DNA of 64,000 nt, taken from the NCBI GenBank assembly GCA_963718615.1, contig OY970368.1, positions 3,104,001 through 3,168,000 on the forward strand. Direction: 5' to 3'. How positions within the stretch are numbered: position 1 is the stretch's first letter; every line of letters begins with the position of its first letter. Positions 62,371-64,000 of the stretch are shown in pieces. A program made the position numbers and the translations under genes. Source of the stretch: an uncultured cyanobacterium (GTDB taxonomy: Bacteria; Cyanobacteriota; Cyanobacteriia; PCC-9006; JAAUQQ01). The notes below the pieces were generated by a model that ran no database searches, had not been told where the DNA came from, and saw only the letters and a program-made list of their open reading frames with translations.

Positions 62371-63396
62371 ATGAAGCTACTCGTTACAGGTGTTGCTGGA
62401 TTTATTGGATATCACTTGTCAAAGTGCCTTTTGGAAAAAGGATACACTGTCGTAGGTATCGATAATCTAAATGATTACTATGACGTGGGTCTTAAGCAAG
62501 ATCGCCTTGCTCAGCTTATTGCTTGTGATAACTTTGAGTTTCAGCTTATAGACCTGAGCGATCGCCACAAAGTCTCTCAACTTTTCCGAGAACATACATT
62601 TAGTCAAGTGATAAACCTCGCAGCCCAAGCTGGTGTCCGTTACTCCTTAGAAAATCCATATGCATACATCGATAGTAATATAACTGGTTTTCTTAACCTC
62701 TTGGAAGGATGTAGAAATCAGCAAAAAACGCTGAAACATTTTATTTTTGCTTCTTCTAGCTCTGTCTATGGAACAAACACAAAAATTCCCTTTTCTACTA
62801 CCGATATCGTCGATTCTCCCGTTTCATTATATGCAGCAAGTAAAAAATCAAACGAGCTGATGGCCCATGCCTATAGTCATCTTTATGGTTTTCCTGTTAC
62901 AGGTCTTCGATTTTTCACAGTTTATGGCCCTTGGGGAAGACCTGATATGGCCTACTTTAAATTTGTCAAAGCTATTCAAGAAGGAACACCCATTGATGTT
63001 TATAACTCTGGAGACATGAAACGAGATTTCACTTATATTGACGATATTGTAGAAGGGATCTATCGATTGATTAAGAAGCCAGTACGGCAAAGATGCGTTA
63101 ATGAGTCAAGTTATAATCACGCTAATTACAAAATTTATAACATTGGTAATAATAATGCTATTTCCTTGCTTAGGTTTATTCAGGCCATTGAATTTGCTGT
63201 GGGTAAAGAGGCCAAGAAAAACTATATGCCGATGCAACCTGGTGACGTTCCAGTCACATATGCAGACATTTCTGAACTTAGTCAAGACATTGGATTTAGC
63301 CCCAATACTTCCATCGAAGAAGGCATGAAAAAGTTTGTTAGTTGGTACAGTAACTATTACTCAGAAAAAGTTACTGAATCTTTAGTGCCAGCATAG
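62371..63396 (+). CDS. NAD-dependent epimerase, UDP-glucuronate 4-epimerase type
   Basis: TGVAGFIG, LAAQAGVRYSLENP, YAASK, FTVYGPWGRPDMA, RDFTYIDD. Confidence 0.95.
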   Translation: MKLLVTGVAGFIGYHLSKCLLEKGYTVVGIDNLNDYYDVGLKQDRLAQLIACDNFEFQLIDLSDRHKVSQLFREHTFSQVINLAAQAGVRYSLENPYAYIDSNITGFLNLLEGCRNQQKTLKHFIFASSSSVYGTNTKIPFSTTDIVDSPVSLYAASKKSNELMAHAYSHLYGFPVTGLRFFTVYGPWGRPDMAYFKFVKAIQEGTPIDVYNSGDMKRDFTYIDDIVEGIYRLIKKPVRQRCVNESSYNHANYKIYNIGNNNAISLLRFIQAIEFAVGKEAKKNYMPMQPGDVPVTYADISELSQDIGFSPNTSIEEGMKKFVSWYSNYYSEKVTESLVPA

Positions 63397-63406
63397 CTCA
63401 ATCAGC

Positions 63407-63482
63407 TTTGCAGTCTTGACGTATCATTGACAATACGACAAGACTGCAAATCTATATAACCTAAATCTAAAATTAGGTTATA
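63407..63482. terminator. Two adjacent hairpins between convergent genes (likely bidirectional termination region)
   Basis: tttgcagtcttg...caagactgcaaa (63407-63450) and tataacctaa...ttaggttata (63455-63482). Confidence 0.6.
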
Positions 63483-63495
63483 GGTTACTTGTTCT

Positions 63496-63999
63496 CTAGA
63501 ATTTAACAGCTTTACGAGACTTGAGCGTTTTAATACCCATCAAACCTAACGCAAGTAATCCACCCACTGCACCGGGTTCAGGAACGGTGTGGTACTTCAG
63601 ATTATCAAAGAACTCCGGACCGCCACTTGCATTGCCAAGCTGTCCTTCAACGAGATCTAGTCGTACTTTATCTAGCTTATAGGAACCACTCATTCCATCC
63701 AGAATAAATTCTCTCACTTGCAAATCTGAACCAGCACCGATGGTTAGACTAGCGACTTCGTTACCTTGATAAAAGCCTCGAACAGTTAGAGGTTCATCTG
63801 AGTCAAGAGAGAGGATTGAAAAGTAATTAATCGCTTCCGCAAAGGAAATTTCGATATCTGAAAATAAATGTGTAGAGTTAAAGGGTAATGCGTTTTCAGG
63901 ACGCAAGGCAATACCAGAAGCACCAGGATACGTAGCAGACGAGATCGCCGCTGCAATCGGACCACCAAAACTGTTAGAAGTTGAGAAACTTACGCCTTG
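63496..63999 (-). CDS. PEP-CTERM sorting-domain protein (5' part outside the window)
   Basis: C-terminal VPEP-GAVGGLLALGLMGI-KTLKSRK; frame stays open to the window edge. Confidence 0.9.
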   Translation of the reverse strand, partial: QGVSFSTSNSFGGPIAAAISSATYPGASGIALRPENALPFNSTHLFSDIEISFAEAINYFSILSLDSDEPLTVRGFYQGNEVASLTIGAGSDLQVREFILDGMSGSYKLDKVRLDLVEGQLGNASGGPEFFDNLKYHTVPEPGAVGGLLALGLMGIKTLKSRKAVKF

Positions 64000-64000
64000 A

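Overview
Cyanobacterial chromosomal window: the HIP1 octamer GCGATCGC is dense throughout, and the window carries a dnaK2-like gene, purS/purQ, prfC, mutS2, aroE, MPBQ methyltransferase, pentapeptide, Uma2, SLH and PEP-CTERM genes. Four accessory regions sit in this housekeeping backbone. (1) A FecR/Pro-Glu-tail protein, an outer-membrane barrel and a membrane pseudokinase form a likely operon (0.3-5 kb). (2) A conflict island (11.3-21.4 kb) centres on a translationally coupled P-loop ATPase and a giant NACHT-TPR (NLR-like) gene. Its 14 x 240-bp TPR array has mosaic hypervariable helices, four identical +1 frameshifts, an internal HIP1 site per unit, and a strand-skew flip across the array. 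(3) An integrase-less integron relic (28.2-30.5 kb) has a decayed intI-like start, a ~42-bp phased repeat array ending in an attI-like site, two gene cassettes with attC signatures and an IS3 scar. (4) A low-GC, HIP1-poor Wzx/Wzy polysaccharide cluster spans 51.6-63.4 kb. No rRNA, tRNA or CRISPR array was recognised. All protein family calls come from motif recognition by eye, not database searches.
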